64,000 nt of DNA from Flavobacteriales bacterium (GCA_040377305.1 JBEIPA010000018.1:32001-96000), one strand, 5' to 3'. Positions 18,820-28,906 are shown, counted from the first letter of the stretch. Numbers and translations are program-made. Notes: a model not told the origin generated them from the letters alone.

Positions 18820-18923
18820 CCAGTAGGCAGTAAGCAGTCGATTTACAATTCATTGGCATATCGGCACATTGGCAAATTGGCACATCGATCAGCAACCTGA
18901 GGTTTTCTGAGTAATATTGTACC

Positions 18924-19967
18924 ATGTCTAGCGTCGCGATCGTTATCCTGAACTGGAACGGCAAATCATTTCTTGAACAATTTCTGCCGGGCGTAATCGC
19001 AAACTCTCCTTCGTATGCAGAAGTAATCGTTGCAGACAACGCTTCGTCGGACGATTCGGTGAAGTGGCTGAAGCAAAATCACCCCAACATTCGGATTATA
19101 CAAAATGCTTCGAATGGCGGATTCGCAAAAGGCTATAATGATGCGCTCGCTCACGTTGATGCAGAATACTTCGTGTTGCTGAATTCTGATATCGAAGTCA
19201 CACACGCCTGGCTGGATCCGATGATTGCGTTACTCGACAAAGACTCATCTGTTGCGGCGTGTCAACCCAAGTTGCGTGCGTTTCACCAAAGAGATGAATT
19301 CGAATATGCCGGAGCGGCTGGCGGTTTCATGGACAAATGGGGATATCCATTTTGTCGCGGAAGAATATTCGACACGTACGAGAAAGACCATGGACAATAC
19401 AACGACGTATGTGAAATTGCGTGGGCAACGGGCGCTTGTCTCGTTATTCGAAAATCAGACTGGCTGAATACAGGCGGACTTGATCCTGATTTCTTTGCGC
19501 ACATGGAAGAAATAGATTTGTGCTGGCGTTTGAGAAATCGCGGCAGGAAAATCATGTATTGTCCCGACTCCGTAATTTATCACGTAGGCGGAGGAACGCT
19601 GAACAAAACAAGTCCGCGAAAAACATATCTCAACTTCAGGAACAATCTTATTCTCTTAACGAAGAATCATGCCTCCGCTTTTTTCTGGCTGAAGATTTAC
19701 CTGAGAATGTGTTTGGATGGCGTTGCTGCTTTTCGTTTTCTCTTTTCAGGAGATGGAAAACATTTCTGGGCAGTTGTTACCGCACACCTGAGCTATTGGA
19801 GGACACTCGGCACAACAATAAGAAAGCGTCGTAAAATCAAAAAGGAAGTTTCTGTATTTGCAACCTCGTGTATCTACCGCGGAAATATTGTGGTCGATTA
19901 TTTTTTACGTGGCAAGAAAAAATTCTCGGACCTCGACCCTTCCCGATTCGATCCCAAGAAAATATGA
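18924..19967 (+). CDS. GT2 family glycosyltransferase
   Basis: VAIVILNWNG, DNASSDDS, LLNSD, FAHMEEIDLCWR. Confidence 0.92.
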   Translation: MSSVAIVILNWNGKSFLEQFLPGVIANSPSYAEVIVADNASSDDSVKWLKQNHPNIRIIQNASNGGFAKGYNDALAHVDAEYFVLLNSDIEVTHAWLDPMIALLDKDSSVAACQPKLRAFHQRDEFEYAGAAGGFMDKWGYPFCRGRIFDTYEKDHGQYNDVCEIAWATGACLVIRKSDWLNTGGLDPDFFAHMEEIDLCWRLRNRGRKIMYCPDSVIYHVGGGTLNKTSPRKTYLNFRNNLILLTKNHASAFFWLKIYLRMCLDGVAAFRFLFSGDGKHFWAVVTAHLSYWRTLGTTIRKRRKIKKEVSVFATSCIYRGNIVVDYFLRGKKKFSDLDPSRFDPKKI

Positions 19968-20018
19968 AAGCCCGAAAAGTGTATGGTGCACATTCGAATT
20001 TTCAAATCATCGAATAAA

Positions 20019-20789
20019 CTACTCACCGAATATGATGCGCTTCTTTCTTGTGAGACCAAACTGACCTTCCGTCTTTCTTCTTAGGAACTGTATTGCTTCT
20101 TGCGGATCATCAGTATAGAACAGAAGTTCTTCGTCTTCCGGAGAAATTGTTTGCGCTTCATGCATTCTGTCGATGTGCGCTCTCAGGTGAGCATGAAAAT
20201 CCTTGCACATCACGACAATCGGGAACTGAAGAAACTTCCCGGTTTGAATTAATGTCAATGCTTCGAAAAATTCATCGAGTGTTCCGAATCCACCAGGCAT
20301 TACAACATATCCGTAGGAGTACTTCGAGAGTAAGACTTTCCGCACAAAGAAGTAACGTATGTTCACCCACTTGTCGAGATAAGGATTGGGTTTCTGTTCG
20401 TGCGGTAAAACAATGTTGCAACCAACCGACATCCCGCCTGCTTCTTTCGCACCACGATTCGCTGCTTCCATAATTCCCGGACCACCGCCAGTCATGGTAG
20501 TAAAACCAATACCTGCGAGCCCCTTCCCTACTTCACGCGCTAATTCATAATATTGATGGCCGGGTTTGAAGCGTGCTGAACCAAATACCGTTACACACGG
20601 ACCAACGAAATGCAGCTTTCTGAATCCACGGATGAACTCACGCAACACGGTTAATACGAATACAAATTCCTGCCAACGCGAGCGCGGACCTTCCAAAAAG
20701 TCTCTCTCATCAGTGTGTGCTTTCTCCGGAAGTTCTTCCTGCTTCTTCTGTTCTTCTGCTTTCTCCGGATTTTTAATCGGCTCTTCCAT
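20019..20789 (-). CDS. LOG family Rossmann-fold protein (nucleotide phosphoribohydrolase-like)
   Basis: VTVFGSAR, TGGGPGIMEAANRGA, MPGGFGTLDE. Confidence 0.93.
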   Translation of the reverse strand: MEEPIKNPEKAEEQKKQEELPEKAHTDERDFLEGPRSRWQEFVFVLTVLREFIRGFRKLHFVGPCVTVFGSARFKPGHQYYELAREVGKGLAGIGFTTMTGGGPGIMEAANRGAKEAGGMSVGCNIVLPHEQKPNPYLDKWVNIRYFFVRKVLLSKYSYGYVVMPGGFGTLDEFFEALTLIQTGKFLQFPIVVMCKDFHAHLRAHIDRMHEAQTISPEDEELLFYTDDPQEAIQFLRRKTEGQFGLTRKKRIIFGE

Positions 20790-20833
20790 AGTACCACGAA
20801 GATAACTGACATCTTGGTATGCCTGCGGCGCTC

Positions 20834-20988
20834 ACCACGGCGACACAGCGTTACGGCGCTTTCTTTGTGTTTGATTTTGGATTCCCAACCGGAGATACGG
20901 CGAACAGACACTATCGGTTTTTCGCCGTGTCCTCCGGTTGAGCAAAGAACGATAAACATTTAGCGCCGTTTCGCCGTGCCGCCGTGGT
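20834..20988. repeat. Nested intergenic palindrome built from 8-bp units
   Basis: ACCACGGCGACACAGCGTTACGGCGCT ... AGCGCCGTTTCGCCGTGCCGCCGTGGT, with an inner hairpin at 20888-20939. Confidence 0.75.
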
Positions 20989-21083
20989 AGCCAGCTGCAA
21001 GCGTCCACGAGTTCAAGTGTTCTTCGAGGCACAAAAAAACCGCCATCTTTTCAGACAGCGGTTCAATGGAAATCGTTTGAGAA

Positions 21084-22166
21084 TTACTTACAATCCGAAG
21101 TAACGTACTCGGCAGCATCTACATGTCCGAGTGAAGACGCCTTGCGGAAATCTTTGCACGCGTTTACGTTGTCTTTCAGATCACGCTCAACCAGCCCACG
21201 GCGGTAATACGCCTCTGGATCTTGCGGACGAATTGAAATCGCCTGACCATAATCGTAGATAGCTGAAGTCATTTTATTCATACGCTCGCAGCACTGTGCG
21301 CGGTGCATGTACGCATCATAGTTCAAAGGATCACGCTCAAGTGCTTTTGAGAAATTCACGAAAGCCAATTCATGATCGTCTTTGCTGAATTGGTGCAATG
21401 CAAGCTGGTACCAGCCATCAGCCAGGTGTGGTGACTTCTCTGTAGCACGTGTGAAATCTTCAACAGCCATGATCTCGTTTTTCAATCCGAGGTAAGCTTG
21501 TCCGCGCTTTGCATAGTACTGACCTGAATCAGGACACAATGCAATTGCCTTCGTAAGTTCATCTACAGCTTCCTGGTACTTACGAACTGTAAGTTTTGAG
21601 CTACCTTCTTTATAATGTTGCAAAGCTGTGTTCCAGCAGAAATTATCGTCGAACGCAATTTTTGCTTTTTCATGTCCAAGCGACATGGCACGGCTCAAAT
21701 CAACACACGCTTGTTCTTTGGTAGTTCCGTTATTCGTACACATTGCACGCTGGTAGTATGCATCTGACATTGTTCCATCAAGTCCGATCGCAACATCCAG
21801 ATCCGGAACAGCATCTGCTTTCTTCGATAGTCCGATGTTTGCCATCGCACGGCCGTAATAAAGTTTCGCCCAGTCTGAATAATTTTTCTTGATCTCGTCC
21901 TGATTTGCGCTCATCTTGTCGAACTCCGACATGGTTTCGAAGTCGGCTTTCAACTTGACAATACGACGTGCTTCAGCATCGATCTTATTGATTTCAGTTG
22001 TGTAGTCTGTAATTGCTCCGTTGAAATCGCCTTTGTCGCGTTTCATATCACCTGCCGCAGAAGGGCCTGTGTATACTGGAGCTGGAGTTGGAGTTTTTGT
22101 TTGAGCCGTTGCGAATGTGGTGATTCCGATCAAGGCAAGGCACAGAATGAAGTATTGCTTTTTCAT
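21084..22166 (-). CDS. Secreted TPR-repeat protein
   Basis: Signal peptide MKKQYFILCLAL; AYYxRG / ACxDxxxA TPR motifs. Confidence 0.88.
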   Translation of the reverse strand: MKKQYFILCLALIGITTFATAQTKTPTPAPVYTGPSAAGDMKRDKGDFNGAITDYTTEINKIDAEARRIVKLKADFETMSEFDKMSANQDEIKKNYSDWAKLYYGRAMANIGLSKKADAVPDLDVAIGLDGTMSDAYYQRAMCTNNGTTKEQACVDLSRAMSLGHEKAKIAFDDNFCWNTALQHYKEGSSKLTVRKYQEAVDELTKAIALCPDSGQYYAKRGQAYLGLKNEIMAVEDFTRATEKSPHLADGWYQLALHQFSKDDHELAFVNFSKALERDPLNYDAYMHRAQCCERMNKMTSAIYDYGQAISIRPQDPEAYYRRGLVERDLKDNVNACKDFRKASSLGHVDAAEYVTSDCK

Positions 22167-22308
22167 CTTAAGGTGGTATGGAGGTGCAAACTTATTGAAT
22201 TTACAGCTCTGTTTTACAGTAAAAAGTTGCTTATCGCCGGGACAAATATGCACCAATCATGCCAAAACAGTAGGCAATTGGGCTGTAGCGTAGTTGGCCG
22301 TCCAGCCT

Positions 22309-22447
22309 CCGTCGGCTGAAGCCTGACGGTTACCATTGCGATTATTCAGAATAACGTGGTGGGAGAAAAAATGTCGGAGACATTATTTCTCCCACCAAAT
22401 CTCCCCTACCGATAGAGCAATGATAACCGTGCGGCTTTAGCCGACGG
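22309..22447. repeat. Inverted REP-like doublet (BIME-like)
   Basis: CCGTCGGCTGAAGCCTGACGGTTACCATTGC and GCAATGATAACCGTGCGGCTTTAGCCGACGG; each is self-palindromic; inner hairpin at 22357-22396. Confidence 0.7.
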
Positions 22448-22465
22448 ATAGAAATATCAGCAGGG

Positions 22466-23572
22466 CTACTCCTTCTGCTGCACTGCACCATCGATGACTT
22501 CATACACCTTATAGGGCAACCCACGTCCTTTAAAAAGCACATGCATTCTGCCTGTCCCTGTATCGGTGATAAAAAGCTGACCAAATTCCGGCTTGCAAAC
22601 GAGTTCCATCAGACGATACACGCGATCAGCGTCTAGCTTGTCGTGAATGTCATCGAGCAAAAGCAGTGGTTTTTTTCCGGTATTCTGTTCAAGCAAACGA
22701 TATTCACTCAGCTTCAGCGCAAGCAAAAATGTTTTCTGCTGGCCCTGCGATCCGCTTTTCTTGAGGGAATGTGTATTGATGGAAAAATCCAGATCATCGC
22801 GGTGAATTCCCTGCGATGTGTATTCCAATGCTATGTCTTTTCGCTGCGCATCAAGCAAAGTCTGCTCAAACGATTTCGTGTGCAAAACCGATTCGTATTG
22901 CAAGGATACATGTTCACTTCCTCCTGAGAGAACGGAATAATATTCGTTGAACAAGGGCTGCAGTTTCGCAATGAATTCTTTTCTCCATTCGAAAATTTTC
23001 ACACCGTGATTGGTGAGTTGAATGTCGAGCACTTCCATTGTGCTGAAGTCGCCACCACCTTGCGCCATTTGTTTCAGCAATGCATTTCGCTGCGACAAAA
23101 CGCGGTTGTATGCAATGAGATGATCAAGGTAATTTCTATTGTACTGAGAAATCACCGAGTCAACGAATCGTCTGCGTTCTTCGCTTGAACCAGCAACCAA
23201 TACTCCATCGGCCGGACTCACGACCACTAATGGAATTAATCCGATGTGATCAGAAAGTCGCTCGTAGTCTTTGCCATTTTTGCGGAACACTTTTTTCTGT
23301 CCGCGCTTCACGCCGCAATAAATACTGTCGCTGCTTCCATCCTCTTTCGAAAAATCTCCTTGTACTACGAAGAATGGAGCATCGAATCGGATGTTTTGCG
23401 TGTCTGCAGGATTCAAAAAACTCTTGCACAGTGCGAGATAATGAATCGCCTCCAAAAGATTCGTTTTCCCGGATCCGTTGAGGCCCGTGAAGCAATTAAT
23501 GCGCGCCGAACACTCGATTTCGAGGTGCTCATAATTGCGAAAATTGACCAGAGAGAGCTTTTGGAGAATCAT
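22466..23572 (-). CDS. recF: DNA replication/repair protein RecF
   Basis: NFRNY, GLNGSGKTNLLEAI, GSQGQQK, LLLDD. Confidence 0.96.
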   Translation of the reverse strand: MILQKLSLVNFRNYEHLEIECSARINCFTGLNGSGKTNLLEAIHYLALCKSFLNPADTQNIRFDAPFFVVQGDFSKEDGSSDSIYCGVKRGQKKVFRKNGKDYERLSDHIGLIPLVVVSPADGVLVAGSSEERRRFVDSVISQYNRNYLDHLIAYNRVLSQRNALLKQMAQGGGDFSTMEVLDIQLTNHGVKIFEWRKEFIAKLQPLFNEYYSVLSGGSEHVSLQYESVLHTKSFEQTLLDAQRKDIALEYTSQGIHRDDLDFSINTHSLKKSGSQGQQKTFLLALKLSEYRLLEQNTGKKPLLLLDDIHDKLDADRVYRLMELVCKPEFGQLFITDTGTGRMHVLFKGRGLPYKVYEVIDGAVQQKE

Positions 23573-23684
23573 TAAGGCTTGAATTCCTGCAAAATTGACA
23601 AAATCAGGGCTTTTTTGGTACTAAAAGTCGAAAAAAATACTACTTTTGCGACCCTGATTCCAACAATTCACGATCAGAAATAGC

Positions 23685-24365
23685 ATGGCACAAGAAACGA
23701 AAGAACAGCCTACACTCGACATCGAGGCTGCGTACGACAAGACGGAAATGTATATCAACGAGAACAAGAAAAGTCTCGCTTTGATTATTGGTGGCGTCAT
23801 TGCATTGGTTGGTGTATTCTTCCTCTGGAAGTTTTGGTACCAGGAACCACGCAACATTGAAGCTGCTGAAGCAATGTACAAGGCTGAGATCTGGTTCCAG
23901 CGCGACTCATTCAATCTTTGCATCAATGGCAAAGGCGACACGCTCGGAATGCAGTCAATCGTTGACGAGTACGGCAGCACGCCTTCAGGCAACCTTGCAA
24001 AGTATTATCTCGGGGTTAGCTACCTGCGCACTGGTCAGTGGGATCTTTCAATCGAGACGCTCGAAGATTTTGACTCGGACGATATGTTCCTGAGCGCAAT
24101 GTCAATCGGAATGATTGGCGATGCGTATATGGAAAAAGGAATGGTTGATGATGCAATTGATCATTACCTGAAAGCAGCAAACAAAAATCCAAACAAATTC
24201 ACTTCACCTACATTCCTGAAGAAAGCAGCATTTGCTGAAGAAGACCGCGGAAACAAAGAAGATGCGTTGAAATTGTACGAGCAGATCAAAGTTGATTATC
24301 CTGAATCACAGGATGCAGCACAGATCGACAAGTATATCACTCGCGCCGGCGGTGTAGTAAAGTAG
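23685..24365 (+). CDS. Membrane-anchored TPR protein (YfgM-like)
   Basis: One N-terminal TM segment followed by TPR helices; upstream of ribH. Confidence 0.8.
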   Translation: MAQETKEQPTLDIEAAYDKTEMYINENKKSLALIIGGVIALVGVFFLWKFWYQEPRNIEAAEAMYKAEIWFQRDSFNLCINGKGDTLGMQSIVDEYGSTPSGNLAKYYLGVSYLRTGQWDLSIETLEDFDSDDMFLSAMSIGMIGDAYMEKGMVDDAIDHYLKAANKNPNKFTSPTFLKKAAFAEEDRGNKEDALKLYEQIKVDYPESQDAAQIDKYITRAGGVVK

Positions 24366-24536
24366 GAAACGCTTTAAGTCATTAAGTAGGCAAGTCGGGC
24401 TGCATCATGTAGACCGACTTGCTTATTTATAGCTTGGCCAGACTTGCTTACTTTTATACTTGCCTGCTTTTTACTGGCCTACTTAATACTTGCCTACTTA
24501 AATCCTTATTGACTTACTGACTTTTTAGACTTCACC

Positions 24537-25031
24537 ATGGCAACAGAACTAAAGAATCTCTCTTCTTACGATCCGGCAAGCGTTCCTTCCGGAAAAGGTC
24601 GTCGCATTGCAATCGTCGTTGCAGAATGGAATTCCGATGTCACATTCTCCATGCGCGATGCAGCGATTAAAACGTTATTGGAGAACGGTGTGGCCAAATC
24701 GGCTATCGAAGTGACTCATGTACCGGGCACGTTCGAATTGACATTAGGAGCTCAGCTGGCAGGCCAGCGAAAATCAATTGACGCGGTAATCTGCATTGGT
24801 TGTGTAATCCAGGGCGATACCCGGCACTTCGATTTCATTTGCCAGGGCGTGACTTACGGAATTACTGAGGTCAACATTTCACTGGACAAACCAGTCATTT
24901 TCGGTGTACTCACCACCAAAAACATTCAGCAGGCACGCGACCGCTCGGGTGGGAAGCATGGAAACAAAGGAGATGAGGCAGCAGTAACCGCTTTGAAAAT
25001 GATTGCGGTGAAAAACAGTCTTAAGCGATAA
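24537..25031 (+). CDS. ribH: 6,7-dimethyl-8-ribityllumazine synthase
   Basis: [34 protein letters not shown]. Confidence 0.96.
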   Translation: MATELKNLSSYDPASVPSGKGRRIAIVVAEWNSDVTFSMRDAAIKTLLENGVAKSAIEVTHVPGTFELTLGAQLAGQRKSIDAVICIGCVIQGDTRHFDFICQGVTYGITEVNISLDKPVIFGVLTTKNIQQARDRSGGKHGNKGDEAAVTALKMIAVKNSLKR

Positions 25032-25042
25032 GAATAGAATTG

Positions 25043-25080
25043 AAAAAGCCGTTCTGACAAATATGTCAGAACGGCTTTTT
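25043..25080. terminator. Bidirectional terminator between ribH and tRNA-Pro
   Basis: AAAAAGCCGTTCTGACA-AATA-TGTCAGAACGGCTTTTT. Confidence 0.88.
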
Positions 25081-25086
25081 CTTTTG

Positions 25087-25159
<73 letters not shown>

Positions 25160-25253
25160 ATCAAAACAGTCGATTTCTCAACTGGGCTGCAAAACTAATT
25201 AATTATTTTGCATTCTAAATGTCTTTTCAGCGCTTTTTTCTGCAAAATGATTG

Positions 25254-25327
25254 TGATCCCGTCGCGACTCGAACGCGAAACCTGCTGCTTAGAAGGCAGC
25301 TGCTCTATCCGGTTGAGCTACGGGACC
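25254..25327 (-). tRNA. tRNA-Arg(TCT)
   Basis: GGTCCCGTAGCTCAACCGGATAGAGCAGCTGCCTTCTAAGCAGCAGGTTTCGCGTTCGAGTCGCGACGGGATCA. Confidence 0.97.
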
Positions 25328-25411
25328 GGAAATTCTGCTGCAAAAGTAAGAGTTATTCGGTGACAAGGATCAGGAACCTGCAGTCAGAATAAATAGCGAC
25401 TTTTGCAGCGC

Positions 25412-26161
25412 ATGAGACTGGCTACTATTACTTTCTTGTTTTCATTGGTATTTGGTGCTTTACACGGACAAGATACACTTCGCAAACCTCGTCGTGTTAC
25501 ACCAATTGTTTTCTCCGGAGTTTCTTATCAGTTCGCCATCAACGGCAAACAAGCGGAAACCGATTTGGGCAACTTCGCATTCAAGAGTTACGCGCAACCG
25601 GAAATCGGGCTTGGAATTAAATACCAGCAAGACACTGCTGAATTTGCAACCGTTGGAATTTCTGCAACGCGTTATGTATTTACACTCGCGAGCAACAACG
25701 TTTTGTACGACAACGGAAATGAATATCCGATTTCAAATCGTCTGGATATTTACATGAACAACTTCGCGCTTAATACAACCTATCATCGCAGACTCACACA
25801 CAAAAGTCCAACGCACTACTTGTCGCTTGAGCTGGGCGCAGGGGTACATGTGATTCAGTGGTACGGAACTGTTCGCACAGAGGATACACAGGTTGGTCCG
25901 TACGCAGCAACGCACACTGTACATACACCGAAGGAAATTTATGCGTTGCCGTCCACAACCCTTGGATTGAATTGCTCACTGCTTTCCCGCGAACACAAGA
26001 CGAATTTTCTCTTCGGAATTAATTCTACACTCTATCTCGGTAAGTTCGATGAGATAGAATACAACGCCCGATATACTTCGGCAAACACCACGTTGAATTA
26101 TTCTTTGCGTTGGGCACCAATGATTTTAGCACCGAGAGTTTATGTGATGGCGATGTTTTGA
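25412..26161 (+). CDS. Hypothetical outer-membrane beta-barrel-like protein
   Basis: Signal peptide, alternating beta-strand pattern, C-terminal Phe. Confidence 0.55.
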   Translation: MRLATITFLFSLVFGALHGQDTLRKPRRVTPIVFSGVSYQFAINGKQAETDLGNFAFKSYAQPEIGLGIKYQQDTAEFATVGISATRYVFTLASNNVLYDNGNEYPISNRLDIYMNNFALNTTYHRRLTHKSPTHYLSLELGAGVHVIQWYGTVRTEDTQVGPYAATHTVHTPKEIYALPSTTLGLNCSLLSREHKTNFLFGINSTLYLGKFDEIEYNARYTSANTTLNYSLRWAPMILAPRVYVMAMF

Positions 26162-26177
26162 CATCGGTTATTCAAAT

Positions 26178-27266
26178 TTAAAATCGATGACTTGTCTTTA
26201 CCTGCCAATCGGTGTGGATTCCACCCGCAACAAATGCCATAACTCCATTCAAATCTTTAATTGTATTTCCTCCCTTTGGTGATGAAATGCTGCTCCAATA
26301 AACACCGCTGTTAAGAGATTCCTCTACACCTGTTGGCCCAATTGCAACGCATTTATACCCAAGGAAGCCATATACCCGTTTTGAATCAACAAACTCCACG
26401 CAGGATCGATATCCGTTAGGAGGTCTTGAGGGTCTCGTCCAAGTTCTACCACCATCCGTTGTAACGAAACAGTTTTTGGTCGTGTCGTCAGGAAGTAAGT
26501 AATCGCCACCTACGATTATGCCCAATGAAGTATCCCTCCACGCCATCGAAAAAATTCCCTGCGATGGTTTCCCTTGCAGAATCGGTGTTTCAAAAACTTC
26601 CCAATGATGTCCGTAATCGCGTGAGTGCCACAAGCGCGATTTCACTCCGCCCGTTGCAATGTACACGTGTCCGTTCGGTAATGTTCTGATGGTTGTTCCG
26701 CTTGCTGCGAATGCGGCTTCACCATCTACTAGTTGTGGACGATCTTCGAATGGGATGTCCTTCCACGTTTTCCCGCCATCAAAAGTTTCCATGAGAAACA
26801 ATCTGCCTTTTATTGGATCGCCGAAAATAAGTCCGTGTTTTTTATCCCAGAATCCAACGCCGTCGAAAAAATAAGCGCTTTCTGCATAGTTGACAATCTC
26901 AAGCCAGGTTTTCCCTCCATTGCTTGTTCTGAGAATCACTGAAGGAGTTCCTGCAGTTGCAATCACCGCGTTCTTTTTATCAAATGCGTGCAGCGTTCTG
27001 AAATCCATTTTCTCATGGTGCTGAACGCGACGCCACACAAATGTTTTTCCACCGTCAGTGCTTTTGCCTACAAGTCCACGCTGGCCACTGATCCAGATAA
27101 CCTTCTCATTCACGACAGAAAGTCCGCGAAAACCTTTCTTCACTGAATCGGCCATGGCTTGAGTTGCAGGCATGCCTGTACAGGTTAGCATGGAATATGC
27201 GGGTGTAGTGGCGTGAACTATAACAAATGTGAAGAGTCCGAGAAGACTGAGAATCAAGCGTCGCAT
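26178..27266 (-). CDS. BNR/Asp-box repeat (Ycf48-like) secreted protein
   Basis: Repeated STDGGKTF, TSNGGKTW, TFDGGKTW, SRDYGHHW, TTDGGRTW; signal peptide from MRRLIL. Confidence 0.85.
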   Translation of the reverse strand: MRRLILSLLGLFTFVIVHATTPAYSMLTCTGMPATQAMADSVKKGFRGLSVVNEKVIWISGQRGLVGKSTDGGKTFVWRRVQHHEKMDFRTLHAFDKKNAVIATAGTPSVILRTSNGGKTWLEIVNYAESAYFFDGVGFWDKKHGLIFGDPIKGRLFLMETFDGGKTWKDIPFEDRPQLVDGEAAFAASGTTIRTLPNGHVYIATGGVKSRLWHSRDYGHHWEVFETPILQGKPSQGIFSMAWRDTSLGIIVGGDYLLPDDTTKNCFVTTDGGRTWTRPSRPPNGYRSCVEFVDSKRVYGFLGYKCVAIGPTGVEESLNSGVYWSSISSPKGGNTIKDLNGVMAFVAGGIHTDWQVKTSHRF

Positions 27267-27338
27267 ATTACTAAAGTAGGGATAACTTTGCACAACCGTT
27301 CCTTGAACTGTGAACGGTGAACTATTTAACTGTGAACC

Positions 27339-28310
27339 ATGGATATGCAATACCGCCGTCTCGGCAAATCAGGATTACAAGTAAGCGCCCTTTCATTCGG
27401 ATCGTGGGTAACATTCGGTGCACAGATTGGTGACGATGTGGCACAACGTTGTATGGAAATCGCATACGAACGCGGAGTGAACTTCTTCGACAATGCAGAA
27501 ACCTACGCGAGTGGAAAATCCGAAATCGTGATGGGAAATATTCTGAAGAAGCTGAATTGGGACCGCACGAGTTATGTAGTGTCGAGCAAAGTTTTCTGGG
27601 GTGGAAAGAAACCCAATCAGATCGGACTTTCACGCAAGCACGTGATGGAAGCGTGCAATGCTGCTTTGAAGCGATTACAGGTTGAATATCTCGATTTATA
27701 TTTCTGTCATCGTCCGGATCCGGATACACCAGTAGAAGAAACCGTGCATGCAATGAATGTGCTCATTCAGCAAGGCAAGATTTTCTATTGGGGAACTTCT
27801 GAATGGAGCGCAGACCGAATCATCGAAGCACACACGTATGCGGAGAAGCACAATCTCGTAGGTCCCACGATGGAACAACCCCAGTACAATTTGTTTCACC
27901 GTGAGCGATTTGAGAAAGAGTATGCGCCGCTGTATTCGAAGTACGGAATGGGCACAACGATCTGGTCGCCGCTTGCGTCGGGAATGCTTACCGGAAAATA
28001 CAATGACGCACCATCGACGACCAATACGCGCATGGATCGTAATGATCTGAAGTGGCTGAAAGAAAGAATGCTTGGTGCAGAATCGGGAGATAAGATTCAG
28101 CAAGTGAAATCGTTCACGAAGCTGGCGAATGAACTGGGAACGGTTCCTACGAAACTTGCGATTGCCTGGACGTTGAAGAATCCGAATGTGAGTAGCACTA
28201 TTTTGGGTGCTTCAAAAGCGGAACAACTGGAAGAAACGTTGACTTCACTGGAAGCAATTGAGCTGTTGACGGATGATGTGATGAAGAAGATTGATCAGAT
28301 TTTCGCTTAG
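27339..28310 (+). CDS. Aldo/keto reductase (K-channel beta-subunit-like)
   Basis: YRRLGKSGLQVS, FFDNAETY, YWGTSEW, WSPLASG. Confidence 0.93.
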   Translation: MDMQYRRLGKSGLQVSALSFGSWVTFGAQIGDDVAQRCMEIAYERGVNFFDNAETYASGKSEIVMGNILKKLNWDRTSYVVSSKVFWGGKKPNQIGLSRKHVMEACNAALKRLQVEYLDLYFCHRPDPDTPVEETVHAMNVLIQQGKIFYWGTSEWSADRIIEAHTYAEKHNLVGPTMEQPQYNLFHRERFEKEYAPLYSKYGMGTTIWSPLASGMLTGKYNDAPSTTNTRMDRNDLKWLKERMLGAESGDKIQQVKSFTKLANELGTVPTKLAIAWTLKNPNVSSTILGASKAEQLEETLTSLEAIELLTDDVMKKIDQIFA

Positions 28311-28324
28311 CCATTTTGATGAAT

Positions 28325-28339
28325 TACCAAATTTTGGTA
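28325..28339. promoter_or_regulatory. Palindromic putative operator of the TA operon
   Basis: TACCAAA-T-TTTGGTA, 22 bp upstream of the antitoxin ATG. Confidence 0.55.
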
Positions 28340-28361
28340 CTTTTATTGTAACGTTAAAATC

Positions 28362-28604
28362 ATGGCAAAAAACACATCCATATCGCTGGGGGATCATTTC
28401 GAGAAATTCATTAGCAGTCGCGTTAAATCAGGACGTTATGGCTCAGCAAGTGAAGTAATCAGAACGGCCTTACGCATGCTTGAGAATGAAGAGAAGAAAG
28501 TGATTGCTCTGCGCAAAGCGATTGAAGAAGGAATTAACAGCGGAATTGTACACGATTTTGATCCGCAACAACATTTAAAAATGTTGAAAGCGCGGAAAAA
28601 GTAG
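28362..28604 (+). CDS. Type II antitoxin, ParD family (RHH)
   Basis: NTSISLGDHFEKFI..SGRYGSASEVIRTALRMLE. Confidence 0.92.
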   Translation: MAKNTSISLGDHFEKFISSRVKSGRYGSASEVIRTALRMLENEEKKVIALRKAIEEGINSGIVHDFDPQQHLKMLKARKK

Positions 28605-28606
28605 CA

Positions 28607-28906
28607 ATGGCGAAGTTTCTTTTCACTGAAGCCGCTATTCAGGATTTGACTTCCATTTGGGAGTACACCACGAGTGAATGGTCAAACGATCAGGCAGAAA
28701 AATACTATCAAATTATTCTGAGTGGCTGTAATAAGATTGCTCAGAAACCCCTTCTGGGCAAAGAGTATTTTGAAATTCCCGCTGGCTTATATGGTCAACA
28801 TATTTCAAGACATATCATATTCTATCTCCTGGTTGACAATTCAACAGTCCAGATCGTCAGAATTCTGCACGACAGCATGGACATTAAAAGCAAATTCCAC
28901 GATTAG
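28607..28906 (+). CDS. Type II toxin, ParE/RelE family
   Basis: AIQDLTSIWEYT..W...QAEKY, HIIFY, IVRILHDSMD. Confidence 0.92.
   Translation: MAKFLFTEAAIQDLTSIWEYTTSEWSNDQAEKYYQIILSGCNKIAQKPLLGKEYFEIPAGLYGQHISRHIIFYLLVDNSTVQIVRILHDSMDIKSKFHD

Noticed and set aside
24366-24536. FMN riboswitch upstream of ribH
   Set aside because: No RFN consensus motifs seen; the region consists of short repeats
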